From contig JALLOM010000001.1 of NCBI GenBank assembly GCA_027717865.1, forward strand, positions 1 to 48,578: a DNA stretch of 48,578 bases. Direction: 5' to 3'. Each line of letters starts with the position of its first letter. Positions within the stretch are counted from its first letter, which is position 1. Below the pieces are notes generated by a model that saw nothing but the letters and a program-made list of their open reading frames with translations, did no database searches and was not told the origin of the DNA. The position numbers and the translations under genes are program-made. Below, in pieces: positions 1 through 8,938 of this stretch. The DNA comes from Acidobacteria bacterium AH-259-O06. Lineage in GTDB: Bacteria > Acidobacteriota > UBA6911 > RPQK01 > JADFOI01.

Positions 1-104
1 TCGATCCATCTCCCCTTCGGCAAAGGGTTTCACCAGCAGCTCAGTCACGCAAATTGTGGAGAGTGCCGCAGTAACGGATCCTGCAGCTATTGCGGCGAAG
101 GGGT

Positions 105-181
105 GCTCCTGGCTCCTGGCTCCTGGCTCCTGCCTCCTGCCTCCTGCCTCCTGCCTCCTGCCTCCTGGCTCCTGCCTCCTG
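105..181. repeat. Tandem heptamer array, 11 units (GCTCCTG x4, CCTCCTG x5, GCTCCTG, CCTCCTG)
   Basis: Counted directly, with perfect 7-bp periodicity. It lies 8 nt beyond the fadN stop codon (189-191); on the minus strand that stop is followed 8 nt later by 11 GCAGGAG/CCAGGAG units. Confidence 0.95.
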
Positions 182-188
182 CCCCTTG

Positions 189-2540
189 TCAGTTCCTTAG
201 TGGTTTGCCGGTCTTGAGAGTATGCTGGATCCGCTGCAGTGTCTTTCTCTCTCCACACAGTGTTAGGAAAGCTTCTCGCTCGAGGTCAAGCAGGTACTGT
301 TCAGAAACGTTGGTTCGATGGTTAAGATCGCCGCCCGTGAGGATATAGGCGAGCTTTTCCCCGATCAAAGCGTCATGCTCTGAGATGTATTCAGCTTGTT
401 TCATCAGGTGGATCCCCACCTTTAAGACTGCCAGACCGGAATTTCCCAAGACGGGAATATTCTCATGCGGCTCCGGTTCAATATATCCCGCCTCTACCAA
501 CCTGAGCACCTCCTGCTTGGCGCTGGAAAGAAGGCGGTCAGGATGGATCTCAATGAGGTCATCCGGGCGCAGGAATCGCAGCCGCTTTGCATCTTCGCCG
601 CTTCGGCTGACCTCAGCCCTGCCGATCGTTTCAAAGGCTTTTCTGACTCCAGGGAGTAAATCCACACCGGGAAGTGATTGGGCTTCACCGATATGGCGGA
701 TGAGCATTTCCTTGGTTCCCCCTCCGGCCGGGACCAGTCCGACGCCTACCTCCACCAATCCAATGTAAGTTTCCGCAGACGCCACCACCGCGTCACATGC
801 CAAACAGACCTCGGCTCCTCCTCCCAACGCTCGTTGAAAGGGGGCAGCCACTACCGGCTTGGCCGAATACCGAAAAGAGGCGTTCACATTCTGGAAGGCC
901 CGCACCATTTGATCGATCTCCTCCCAGTTTCCTTCCTGGGCCTCCAATAGCAGGAGCATTAAATTGGCACCTACCGAAAAATCTTTTCCCTGATTGCCGA
1001 TCACAAGACCCAGAAAGTTTTTCTTCACTTCGCGGACAACCCAGCGCGCTAGTCCAACGATGTCAACTCCGATGGCGTTCATCTTAGAGTGAAATTCAAG
1101 GCAGGCTACTCCGTCACCAAGATCCACCAGGCTCGCTCCGGCGTTTGAGCGAATGACTCTGTCTGGTTGCTTTAAAATCGTGAGCTGGATCTTATTTGGA
1201 TCCTGGCTCAACACCTGATATTCCCGGCTGGCCAAATCGAAGAAAAGTTGATGATCGGCTCCCATCGCATAAAAACCATTTGGCGGCTCATTGAACAGCT
1301 CATCCACCCACTCGGGGAGCTCCTTTTCGTCTTGCCGGATTCGTTCCGCAATTTCCTTCGTACCGAGCGCCTGCCACAGTTCAAAGGGCCCAAGCTCCCA
1401 ATTGAAGCCCCATCTCATGGCCCGGTCGATTTGATAATACTCCTCGGTGATCTCTGGGACCCGCTCGGCGGAGTAGACGAAGATGTCGCGAAAAAAAGAC
1501 CAGAGAAAGGCGCCAGCCTTGTCTTGCGACTTCAAAAGATTCTGGATCCGCTTTGCCGTGTCTGTCTCGTTGCGAACCATCTCCACAGAGGGGAGATTCG
1601 GTTTCCTGCGGCTTCGGTACTCGAGAGTCTTGGGGTCCACAACAAGAATCTCCTCCCCCTCTTTCTTGTAAAATCCCTGTCCAGTCTTCCGCCCCTTCCA
1701 GTCGCGCTGGACGAGTTGCATCATAAGAGAAGAAGGGCGAAAGCTCTCTCTCCATGGGTCCTCCGGCACGTTTTCATAAAGATTTTCCGCCACGTCGAGC
1801 ATGATATCGATGCCAACCAGATCAGCTAAGCGAAAAGTTGCGGTCTTGGCAAACCCAATCACCGGACCTGTCAGCGCGTCGACTTCCTCAATCGTCAAGT
1901 CCAATTCCTGCATGAGTTCCATCGCTCGCATCGCTACAAAAGAACCAACCCGATTGGCCACAAAATTAGGCCGATCTTTGGCAATCACGATTCCCTTCCC
2001 TAAGAACCGGTCTGCCACGAAGGCCACCGTCTCCACCACGGAAGGTAATGTGCTGGATCCTGGAATCAACTCCAACAGCTTCATGTATCGTGGAGGGTTG
2101 AAAAAGTGAGTACCCAACCAATGTTTCTGAAAATCTTCGGACCGCCCTTCAGCGATCTTTTCCACCGGCAACCCGCTGGTATTGGTGGAGACCATTGTGC
2201 CGGGTCGTCGGTGGGCCTCCACCCTTTCCCACAGCTGACGCTTCACGTCAAGTTTTTCGACCACACATTCGATGATCCAATCGTAGGAAGAAAGTCTTGG
2301 CAGGTCATCTTCAAAGTTACCCACCTCGATAAAACGCACTTTTTCAGGGGAATAGAGAGGCGCGGGCTTGGTTGAGGAAAGTCGCCCCACGGCGCGCCGT
2401 GCAAGGGCACTGCGATCCGATCCTTCAGAAGGGAGATCTAAGAGCAGCGTCTTAATTGCAACGTTGGCAAAATGGGCGGCAATTTGCGCGCCCATGGTGC
2501 CGGCACCGAGAACGGCCACTCGATTCAATGTGTGGGTCAT
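189..2540 (-). CDS. fadN: Bifunctional 3-hydroxyacyl-CoA dehydrogenase / enoyl-CoA hydratase (dehydrogenase domain N-terminal, FadN/FadB type)
   Basis: 783-aa ORF. N-terminal Rossmann motif VAVLGAGTMGAQIA and an HFFNPP segment typical of 3-hydroxyacyl-CoA dehydrogenases. C-terminal crotonase-like segment GGGAEVCLACD. Confidence 0.85.
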   Translation of the reverse strand: MTHTLNRVAVLGAGTMGAQIAAHFANVAIKTLLLDLPSEGSDRSALARRAVGRLSSTKPAPLYSPEKVRFIEVGNFEDDLPRLSSYDWIIECVVEKLDVKRQLWERVEAHRRPGTMVSTNTSGLPVEKIAEGRSEDFQKHWLGTHFFNPPRYMKLLELIPGSSTLPSVVETVAFVADRFLGKGIVIAKDRPNFVANRVGSFVAMRAMELMQELDLTIEEVDALTGPVIGFAKTATFRLADLVGIDIMLDVAENLYENVPEDPWRESFRPSSLMMQLVQRDWKGRKTGQGFYKKEGEEILVVDPKTLEYRSRRKPNLPSVEMVRNETDTAKRIQNLLKSQDKAGAFLWSFFRDIFVYSAERVPEITEEYYQIDRAMRWGFNWELGPFELWQALGTKEIAERIRQDEKELPEWVDELFNEPPNGFYAMGADHQLFFDLASREYQVLSQDPNKIQLTILKQPDRVIRSNAGASLVDLGDGVACLEFHSKMNAIGVDIVGLARWVVREVKKNFLGLVIGNQGKDFSVGANLMLLLLEAQEGNWEEIDQMVRAFQNVNASFRYSAKPVVAAPFQRALGGGAEVCLACDAVVASAETYIGLVEVGVGLVPAGGGTKEMLIRHIGEAQSLPGVDLLPGVRKAFETIGRAEVSRSGEDAKRLRFLRPDDLIEIHPDRLLSSAKQEVLRLVEAGYIEPEPHENIPVLGNSGLAVLKVGIHLMKQAEYISEHDALIGEKLAYILTGGDLNHRTNVSEQYLLDLEREAFLTLCGERKTLQRIQHTLKTGKPLRN

Positions 2541-2590
2541 GCCTAAAAGGTGCCGGATCTGGAGGAAGGTTGCAAGAAGAAAATTTTTGG

Positions 2591-2663
2591 GTGCTCTTGT
2601 GCTGTGGTGCTGCCGTGCTGGTGCAATTTTGTACTGATGCCCTCACCACAGCACGAAAGCACT
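2591..2663 (-). terminator. GTGCT-repeat hairpin (candidate terminator after korB), CACGAAAGCAC family
   Basis: GTGCTGTGGTG (2599-2609) pairs perfectly with CACCACAGCAC (2644-2654), and the flanking GTGCTCTTGTGC / GCACGAAAGCAC extend the stem imperfectly. On the minus strand it lies 10 nt after the korB stop and is followed by CCAAAAATTTTC. Confidence 0.45.
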
Positions 2664-2672
2664 AAACTCGTG

Positions 2673-3743
2673 TCACATCAACCCCTGCATGGCTTCCTCC
2701 AGGGCCTCTCGCCCAGGTCGAAGCTTCTCTTGAGGAAGAGCGGCCAAGGCCGTGTCAGGCAAATTTAGCAGGTCTAAAAAGTTCTCCGCCACCGGATTCA
2801 CATAGATCAAGCCCGTCAAAAACTCACCTGAATCCCGGGTCTCATTGAGCATCCGCAAAGCGGCATCTCTATCTGTTGGATTGTAATCTCGATCTACCTT
2901 TCGCAGCCGAATGCGGGAGCCGTCGTGCATCTCGACTTCTCTTAATTCTCCTTCCTCATACACCACCGTTTCAATCGGCTCGAAATGCGGAACAAAGTCG
3001 ATCTGGTGAAGGAGTTCCTCGTGCTCTTTAGCCCACCTGTAGCTCTTGGTGGAACCCTGGTGGTTATTAAAGGTAACACAGGGGCTAAGGACATCCAGCA
3101 TGCTCGTTCCACTGTGACTGAGGGCTCCTTGCAGCAGAGGAACTAGTTGTTTTGGATCCCCGGCATAGGAGCGGGCCACGTAGCTGCATCCCATTTCAAT
3201 GGCCAGGGTACAGCAATCGATCGGCGGTAAGTCATTGACCACCCCGGTTTTTAGTTTGGAACCGGGATCTGCAGTAGCCGAAAACTGTCCTTTCGTCAGT
3301 CCGTAAACACCGTTGTTCTCAATGATATAGATCATGGGGACGTTTCTTCTCAGAAGATGGCAGAACTGTCCCAACCCGATGGATACGGTATCCCCGTCCC
3401 CACTGACTCCGATGCAGACCAATTTCCGATTGGCCAGCACGGCTCCAGTCGCAAGGGAGGGCATACGGCCGTGAACCCCATTGAAAGCATGAGAGTTGCT
3501 GAGAAAATAGGCTGGAGTCTTGCTGGAACAGCCTATTCCGCTCATCTTAGCTACCCGATGGGGGTTTACTCCCATCTCATAAAAGGACTTCATGATCTGG
3601 CTCGATATGGCGTCGTGACCGCAACCAGAGCAAAGTGTAGAGGGTTCTCCCCGGTAGTCGATCATCGTGAGGCCAAGTCGGTTGACTCTTTTAGGTTTCG
3701 GTGCGCTTACCGACATGATGACTCCATTTCTCCTTTCTCGCAC
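2673..3743 (-). CDS. korB: 2-oxoacid:ferredoxin oxidoreductase, beta (TPP-binding) subunit
   Basis: 356-aa ORF with a TPP-binding region GVSGDGDTVSIGLGQF...IIENNGVYGLTKGQ. Lies immediately downstream of the alpha subunit. The true start is probably the ATG at 3716 (MSVSAPKPK), giving a 10-nt overlap with korA. Confidence 0.85.
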   Translation of the reverse strand: MRERRNGVIMSVSAPKPKRVNRLGLTMIDYRGEPSTLCSGCGHDAISSQIMKSFYEMGVNPHRVAKMSGIGCSSKTPAYFLSNSHAFNGVHGRMPSLATGAVLANRKLVCIGVSGDGDTVSIGLGQFCHLLRRNVPMIYIIENNGVYGLTKGQFSATADPGSKLKTGVVNDLPPIDCCTLAIEMGCSYVARSYAGDPKQLVPLLQGALSHSGTSMLDVLSPCVTFNNHQGSTKSYRWAKEHEELLHQIDFVPHFEPIETVVYEEGELREVEMHDGSRIRLRKVDRDYNPTDRDAALRMLNETRDSGEFLTGLIYVNPVAENFLDLLNLPDTALAALPQEKLRPGREALEEAMQGLM

Positions 3744-5566
3744 GCCACCACCTGATCGGTGATAAATCTGGCGTCGATGGGGATTCCTTTATAGTGAAGG
3801 ACTTTTCGGATCTTTCCTTGATCGTTTTCTACCTCAAGCTTGATCAGATCACCGATTTGCCCATCCCGGTTTTGTTCCACGACGTAGGCACACTTGCAGC
3901 GACTGACAAACTCTTTCACGTCTTCGGCAAGGGGCAGCGCTCGAATTCTCAGGTAGTTGATCGCAATTCCGTACTCGTTGCGAAGCTGCTCCTGACACTC
4001 TCGCATGGCAACATCGGTTGACCCGTAAGCAATGACCCCAATTTCAGCCCCATCAGTGTATTGGATGACGGATTGAGGCACGAGTTTCTTAGCCGTTTCG
4101 CACTTTTTGGCCAGGCGGTCCATAAGCTTCTCATAGTCCTCGGGCCGCTCTGAATATTCCGCCTGCTCATCGTGCCCGCTGCCACGCGTAAAATAGGCGG
4201 CCAGGGGATGATCAGTCCCCGGCAGAGTCCGGTACGGAATGCCGTCACCGTCTACGTCTTTGTAACGGGCAAACTCACCCAAGCGCTCAAGGTCTTCGGC
4301 CGAGAGCACTTTACCTCGATCAAGAGGTTTTTCGGGATAATCGAAGGGATCCGTCATCCAGTTGTTCATGCCCAGATCCAGGTCCGAAGCCACAAAAACC
4401 GGCTGTTGTAGCCGCTCCGCCAAATCGAAGGCGTGTATGGACAATTCAAAGCACTCCGTCACGCTTGCTGGAAAAAGGACAACATGCTTGGTGTCCCCGT
4501 GAGAGAGATAGTGCAGAGAGAAGATATCTCCTTGAGAAGTTCTGGTGGGCAACCCCGTACTTGGGCCGATTCGCTGGACATTAAAGATGACAACGGGAAC
4601 TTCCGTGAAGTAGGCTAATCCGACAAATTCCGCCATCAAAGATATACCGGGTCCCGACGTAGCCGTCATGGCCCTGGCACCCGCCCATCCAGCACCAATG
4701 GCCATTCCCAACGCTGCCAGCTCATCTTCTGCTTGCACGATCGCAAACGTGGCCTTTCCTGTTTCGGGATCAATCCGATAACGTCCCATGTAATCAGCGA
4801 GCGCCTCACCCAGGCTGCTGGCCGGCGTGATCGGATACCAGGTCATCACGCTGACGCCGGCAAACATGCTTCCCAACGCGCAGGCGGAATTTCCATCTAT
4901 AATCATCTTACCCTTGGTCTTGTCCATGCGCTGAACTCGGAAAGGATCTCGCTTGGTGAGGTTGTCGCGAATATATTGTGCGCCCAGGTGAGCAGCTTGA
5001 ATGTTCAGATCAATGGCTTTCTGCTTTCCCTTGAACCACTTTGCAATCGCCAATTCGACTTCGGCCATTTCAATCCCGAGCAGTTCTGCTGCGCTTCCCA
5101 CGTAAACAATGTTAGCGATCAGCTTCTTTAACCGCGCATCTTGAACAACTTCACCTGCCAAGTTGGAAAACGGGATCGGGTAGTAAACCAGATCATCCCT
5201 GATCTTTGAAAGGTTTAACTTCTCATTGTAGATCACTACCCGGCCCGGTTCCAGATTCTCGACATCTTCTCGTGCCGTTTCAGGATTCATGGCAATTAAG
5301 ATGTCGATCTCTTTTTTGCGTGCCATGTACCCATCCTTGGAGGCTCGAATCGTGAACCATGTCGGCAACCCAGCGATATTGGATGGGAAGAGGTTTTTTC
5401 CACTGATGGGAATCCCCATTTGGAAAATGGCCCTCATCAACACATTGTTGGAAGACTGACTTCCCGACCCATTCACAGTTGCCACTTCAATGCTGAAGTC
5501 GTTTACAATCTCACCGTCCGGTTTCTTTGGTGAGAGATCTTCTTGCGGCCGAGTTTGAACACTCAC
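3707..5566 (-). CDS. korA: 2-oxoacid:ferredoxin oxidoreductase, alpha subunit
   Basis: 619-aa ORF with a typical KorA/OorA-like N-terminus (EVATVNGSGSQSSNNVL) and a pyrimidine-binding domain (ATSGPGISLMAEF). Paired with the beta subunit. Confidence 0.85.
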   Translation of the reverse strand: MSVQTRPQEDLSPKKPDGEIVNDFSIEVATVNGSGSQSSNNVLMRAIFQMGIPISGKNLFPSNIAGLPTWFTIRASKDGYMARKKEIDILIAMNPETAREDVENLEPGRVVIYNEKLNLSKIRDDLVYYPIPFSNLAGEVVQDARLKKLIANIVYVGSAAELLGIEMAEVELAIAKWFKGKQKAIDLNIQAAHLGAQYIRDNLTKRDPFRVQRMDKTKGKMIIDGNSACALGSMFAGVSVMTWYPITPASSLGEALADYMGRYRIDPETGKATFAIVQAEDELAALGMAIGAGWAGARAMTATSGPGISLMAEFVGLAYFTEVPVVIFNVQRIGPSTGLPTRTSQGDIFSLHYLSHGDTKHVVLFPASVTECFELSIHAFDLAERLQQPVFVASDLDLGMNNWMTDPFDYPEKPLDRGKVLSAEDLERLGEFARYKDVDGDGIPYRTLPGTDHPLAAYFTRGSGHDEQAEYSERPEDYEKLMDRLAKKCETAKKLVPQSVIQYTDGAEIGVIAYGSTDVAMRECQEQLRNEYGIAINYLRIRALPLAEDVKEFVSRCKCAYVVEQNRDGQIGDLIKLEVENDQGKIRKVLHYKGIPIDARFITDQVVACEKGEMESSCR

Positions 5567-5650
5567 GCTTTTTCTCCTCTTGCGCGCTCGAGTCCTCTAT
5601 TTCTGAGCATATAGATTTTAACAGAGAGCCGCGATCCTTTTCCATTGGAT

Positions 5651-5877
5651 GCCAGGAGCCAGGAGCCAGGAGTCAGAAGCCAGGAGCCAGGAGCACAGGA
5701 GCCAGGAGCACACGAGACAGAATTCAGAATGCAGAAGATTCATTAACAGGTCCAAGCCACATCAGAGCTGAGAAGCTCAAAAGCTCAATAGCTCGAAAGC
5801 TCAATAGCATGAAACCTGGAACCTTCAACCTTCAACTTTCAACCATTCTGGCTCCTGACTCCTGGCTCCTGGCTCCT
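5651..5877. repeat. Mosaic repeat locus: (GCCAGGA)n left arm, (AGCTCAAN)4, (AACCTTC)3, (TGGCTCC)4 right arm
   Basis: Left arm 5651-5736 has about 12 units that decay into CAGAA-type units. An 8-bp-period AGCTCA block is at 5774-5805. ACCTTCA units are at 5821-5841. The right arm at 5849-5876 is complementary to the left arm. Confidence 0.9.
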
Positions 5878-5883
5878 TGACCG

Positions 5884-7443
5884 CTAGTTCACCTTCTCGG
5901 AGATCGACTTGGCCTGGGTGAACAAAAGTAGATAGTCACGACCCCCAGCTTTTGAGTCGGTACCACTCATGTTGAAACCACCGAAAGGATGCACTCCCAC
6001 GAGAGCACCCGTGCATTTGCGATTGATGTACAAATTTCCCACGTGGAATTCTCTTTTGGCTTTTTCGATCTTGGATTTGTTTTGAGTGTACACAGATCCG
6101 GTCAACCCATATTCAGTCTGGTTGGCAATCTCTATTGCCTCATCGTAGTCGCGTGCCCTGATGACCGCCAAAACCGGCCCAAAGACCTCCTCCTGAGCGA
6201 TTGACGCTTTGGGATCTACATCTGAGATGACGGTTGGGCGGACGAAGTATCCTTCAGAACTCCCTGCTTTTCCACCCATCAGCAACTGTCCTTCCGTCCG
6301 TCCGATTTCGATATAACGCAGAATAGAGTCTTGTGCCTTCTGATTGACAACGGCACCAAAATTCACCTCAGGACGCTCCACGTCGCCCTCCTGGATCATG
6401 GTGCACGTTTTCTGCTGAAGCTTCTGCAAGAACTCATCACAAACGGAATCCACAACAATGGCGCGCGAGCAAGCCGAGCATTTCTGGCCCTGATAGCCGA
6501 AGGCCGAAACCACGACAGCCGCGGCAGCCTCATCCAGATTTGATTCATCATCGACCACAATGGCATCTTTCCCACCCATCTCGGCGATGACCCTTTTGAT
6601 CCACATCTGACCCGGCTGGTGCTTGGCTGCCAGTTCGTTGATTCGCAACCCTACTTGCTTGGAGCCGGTGAAGGCAATAAAACGGGTTCTGGGATGTTCC
6701 ACCAGAGCGTCGCCAATTTCTTCTCCACTGCCGGTCAAGAAATTCACCACACCGGGTGGAAATCCCACCTCTTCGACGATCTGCATCAACTGCGCTGCGA
6801 TTGTCGGCGAATCACTGGAAGGCTTCACGATCACAGTGTTTCCGCTAACCAGTGCTGCAAAGGTCATTCCCGAGAGAATGGCCAGAGGGAAATTCCAAGG
6901 TGAAATAATGACACCCACTCCTAAGGGAATATATTCAAGGGCGTTGTCCTCCGACTCGAGTTTGACCAGCGGCTGGGGACCTGCCAGCCGAAGCATCTCC
7001 CCAGAATAAAACTCACAGAAATCGATGGTCTCCGCCACGTCGGCATCCGCTTCCACCCAAGACTTTCCAACCTCCACCACCATCCATGCCGCCAGCTCGA
7101 GCCGGCGCTCTTTCATAATCTGAGAGACCCGCATCACGTATTCGACCCGTTTTGGGGCCGGGACCTGGCTCCAATGTTGAAAGGCTTCTCCTGCAGCCGA
7201 GATGGCCCGCTCAACGAATTCGCGAGTTCCCTTGGGGAAGACCCCCACGACCTCTCCTTTGCGCGAGGGATTTAAGGACTGGAATTGGCTCTCACACCGG
7301 ACTGGTTTTCCTCCGATGATGATGTTGTATTCCCTTCCCAGTTGGCTTCGCACCTTGGCGATGGCGTTTGACATTGCCTGGCGATTCTCCAAGTCTGAAA
7401 AGTCAGTCAAAGGCTGGTTTTTGAATTCACCTAGATTCATCAT
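5884..7443 (-). CDS. pruA: L-glutamate gamma-semialdehyde (1-pyrroline-5-carboxylate) dehydrogenase, aldehyde dehydrogenase family
   Basis: 519-aa ORF. ALDH catalytic motifs EMGGKD and GQKCSACSR. Size and N-terminus match RocA/PruA-type P5C dehydrogenases. Confidence 0.8.
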   Translation of the reverse strand: MMNLGEFKNQPLTDFSDLENRQAMSNAIAKVRSQLGREYNIIIGGKPVRCESQFQSLNPSRKGEVVGVFPKGTREFVERAISAAGEAFQHWSQVPAPKRVEYVMRVSQIMKERRLELAAWMVVEVGKSWVEADADVAETIDFCEFYSGEMLRLAGPQPLVKLESEDNALEYIPLGVGVIISPWNFPLAILSGMTFAALVSGNTVIVKPSSDSPTIAAQLMQIVEEVGFPPGVVNFLTGSGEEIGDALVEHPRTRFIAFTGSKQVGLRINELAAKHQPGQMWIKRVIAEMGGKDAIVVDDESNLDEAAAAVVVSAFGYQGQKCSACSRAIVVDSVCDEFLQKLQQKTCTMIQEGDVERPEVNFGAVVNQKAQDSILRYIEIGRTEGQLLMGGKAGSSEGYFVRPTVISDVDPKASIAQEEVFGPVLAVIRARDYDEAIEIANQTEYGLTGSVYTQNKSKIEKAKREFHVGNLYINRKCTGALVGVHPFGGFNMSGTDSKAGGRDYLLLFTQAKSISEKVN

Positions 7444-7493
7444 TCGTTCTCCGTCGTTTCAATCTTGACGAAGCTCTTGAGCTATGAGCTAGG

Positions 7494-7591
7494 GTAGGGG
7501 CGAGCCGGTGGCTCGCCCGAACAGTTCTCCCTAGATGATAAGCTTATCATCTAGGGAGAACTGTTCGGGCGAGCCACCGGCTCCCCCCTAC
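7494..7591. repeat. REPIN-like 98-bp palindrome: two inverted GTAG-headed REP-like units
   Basis: GTAGGGGCGAGCCGGTGGCTCGCCCGAACAGTTCTCCCTAGATGATAAG and its reverse complement are centred on AAGCTT (one mismatch). Each arm holds its own 9-bp hairpin GGGCGAGCC/GGCTCGCCC. Flanked by TGAGCTA units (7471-7493) and CCTGGCT heptamers (7592-7616). Confidence 0.9.
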
Positions 7592-8918
7592 CCTGGCCCC
7601 TGGCTCCTGGCTCCTGTAAGTCGGGAATCCGCCGGATCACGTCCATAAAGGAGGAAACCGAGAAAACCGCATTTCCAATACCGGGCTTTCCATACCCGGG
7701 TGGCGCATCAAGTTCATACTTTTCATGTGTCTCTCTCCAGGCACGGAGAAGACGAACGTGATACTCGAGAGGAGCCCCTTCTGGATTGAGTTTCCCTAGA
7801 ATACTCAGAGGTTCCGGGCACCACGTTGTGAAGCGAGGAGTAATGCCCTGAGACATGAAAAAGTCCAATCCTTCAGAGGTGGAAGCGACGGCCTCATCTA
7901 CGGTTTCAAAACCGCAGGGCCGAGCCATTTCGATTCCGGCCACGAAATTAGGAATAACACAAGAAGGACCAAGGACTTCCGCGGCATCCAGAATGCGGCG
8001 AATCCACTCGTCACGACCGATGCAACGGTTCTTCCCCGCGCAGATAATTTCAAAGAGCCGCCGGTCCCAGACTTCATAGTTTGGATGGTAGATCTGCACA
8101 CCCACATCCCTGAATCGACACACTTCTTCCCTAGGCAAGGCCTGGACCACCACCTTTGCTATCCACCGACCCGGGAATCGCTTCTCAATCGCTTCCGGGT
8201 ACTGAACATAAAAATCAATCTCACGCATTCCGTTGAGTTGGGAGGTAATGCTTCCTCCTGTCACGGTGTAAGCCTGGCTCTCGGAATCAGCATCGTTGAC
8301 GACTTCCAGGGCTTCCAGGATTTCCTCAACCGTCTTGATGCCAGTGTAAGACCGCCCAGTCTTCTTCTGTTGACGATAGTTCTCATTGATATCGCAGAAT
8401 TGGCACTCTTGTTGATGACCGAAGTACTGGCAAATTCTGAAGACGGTCAAATAGAGTAGATATCCCCACTCGATAGTTGGTGCAATATCCATGATCGGTT
8501 TCCCACTGGCCAGAGTTCGTTGATAATATTCCGGAGTTTTCTCAAACTGGATCCCTGAGAGCTCTTCCTTTTCCAATGTGAGGACCAAATCTGCTTGATC
8601 GGAAATATCGACCCGATAAGGAGAACGCGGATTCAATCGGACAGAAACGATGGTGCGACGAAAATTTCTCGGCCCACCGACTAGGCAGATCTCCTCGGGC
8701 GCCCGCAGGTTCTCCTGCCTCTGCATGTGAGCAATGGGGACCAAATCAAAAGAAAAGATAAAGTACGCTTTGGGCTTGAAGCCGGAAGCTACGCGCAGCG
8801 CATCCTCTGAAAAGGAGATCCCCGTTCGAAGTAGATCTTCCTTAAAGATTGCCTCCGGAGGCAAATCCGAATACTTCTCTATCAACGCGTCAACGAGCTG
8901 TAATCTCTGTACCATCAA
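7551..8918 (-). CDS. Hypothetical protein, radical-SAM-like TIM-barrel with a non-canonical Cys triad; the C-terminal ~23 aa are encoded by repeat DNA
   Basis: 455-aa ORF. Cys cluster CQYFGHQQECQFC (CX8CX2C instead of CX3CX2C), followed by TGGS and NYEVWD..LF..ICAGK...NFVAGIE segments reminiscent of BioB/HydE-type radical SAM cores. The stop codon TAG sits inside the 7494-7591 palindrome. Confidence 0.45.
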   Translation of the reverse strand: MMVQRLQLVDALIEKYSDLPPEAIFKEDLLRTGISFSEDALRVASGFKPKAYFIFSFDLVPIAHMQRQENLRAPEEICLVGGPRNFRRTIVSVRLNPRSPYRVDISDQADLVLTLEKEELSGIQFEKTPEYYQRTLASGKPIMDIAPTIEWGYLLYLTVFRICQYFGHQQECQFCDINENYRQQKKTGRSYTGIKTVEEILEALEVVNDADSESQAYTVTGGSITSQLNGMREIDFYVQYPEAIEKRFPGRWIAKVVVQALPREEVCRFRDVGVQIYHPNYEVWDRRLFEIICAGKNRCIGRDEWIRRILDAAEVLGPSCVIPNFVAGIEMARPCGFETVDEAVASTSEGLDFFMSQGITPRFTTWCPEPLSILGKLNPEGAPLEYHVRLLRAWRETHEKYELDAPPGYGKPGIGNAVFSVSSFMDVIRRIPDLQEPGARGQGRGEPVARPNSSP

Positions 8919-8938
8919 CGCTACAGCCTAACACATTG

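Noticed and set aside
1-99. Possible 5' end of a minus-strand gene running off the left edge. The frame is open through …AAGSVTAALSTICVTELLVKPFAEGEMDR, with candidate starts GTG at 48, GTG at 33 and ATG at 9. A thiolase would be expected downstream of fadN.
   Set aside because: Too little sequence to identify a family or choose a start. The plus-strand frame is also open here. Not reported as a feature.
105-181. Regularly spaced repeats here and at 5651, 11311, 16027 and 27483 could be mistaken for CRISPR arrays.
   Set aside because: The units are 7-8 bp and directly abutting with no spacers. CRISPR repeats are about 23-50 bp and separated by unique spacers. No cas genes are present.
103-348. 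ORFs translated from repeat DNA: 103-348, 5527-5880, 11405-11653, 16773-17042 and 22093-22335, with periodic peptides such as LLPPASC or SCQLSVE.
   Set aside because: The periodic low-complexity translations are by-products of heptamer arrays. They overlap strong CDSs or spacers and have no start context.
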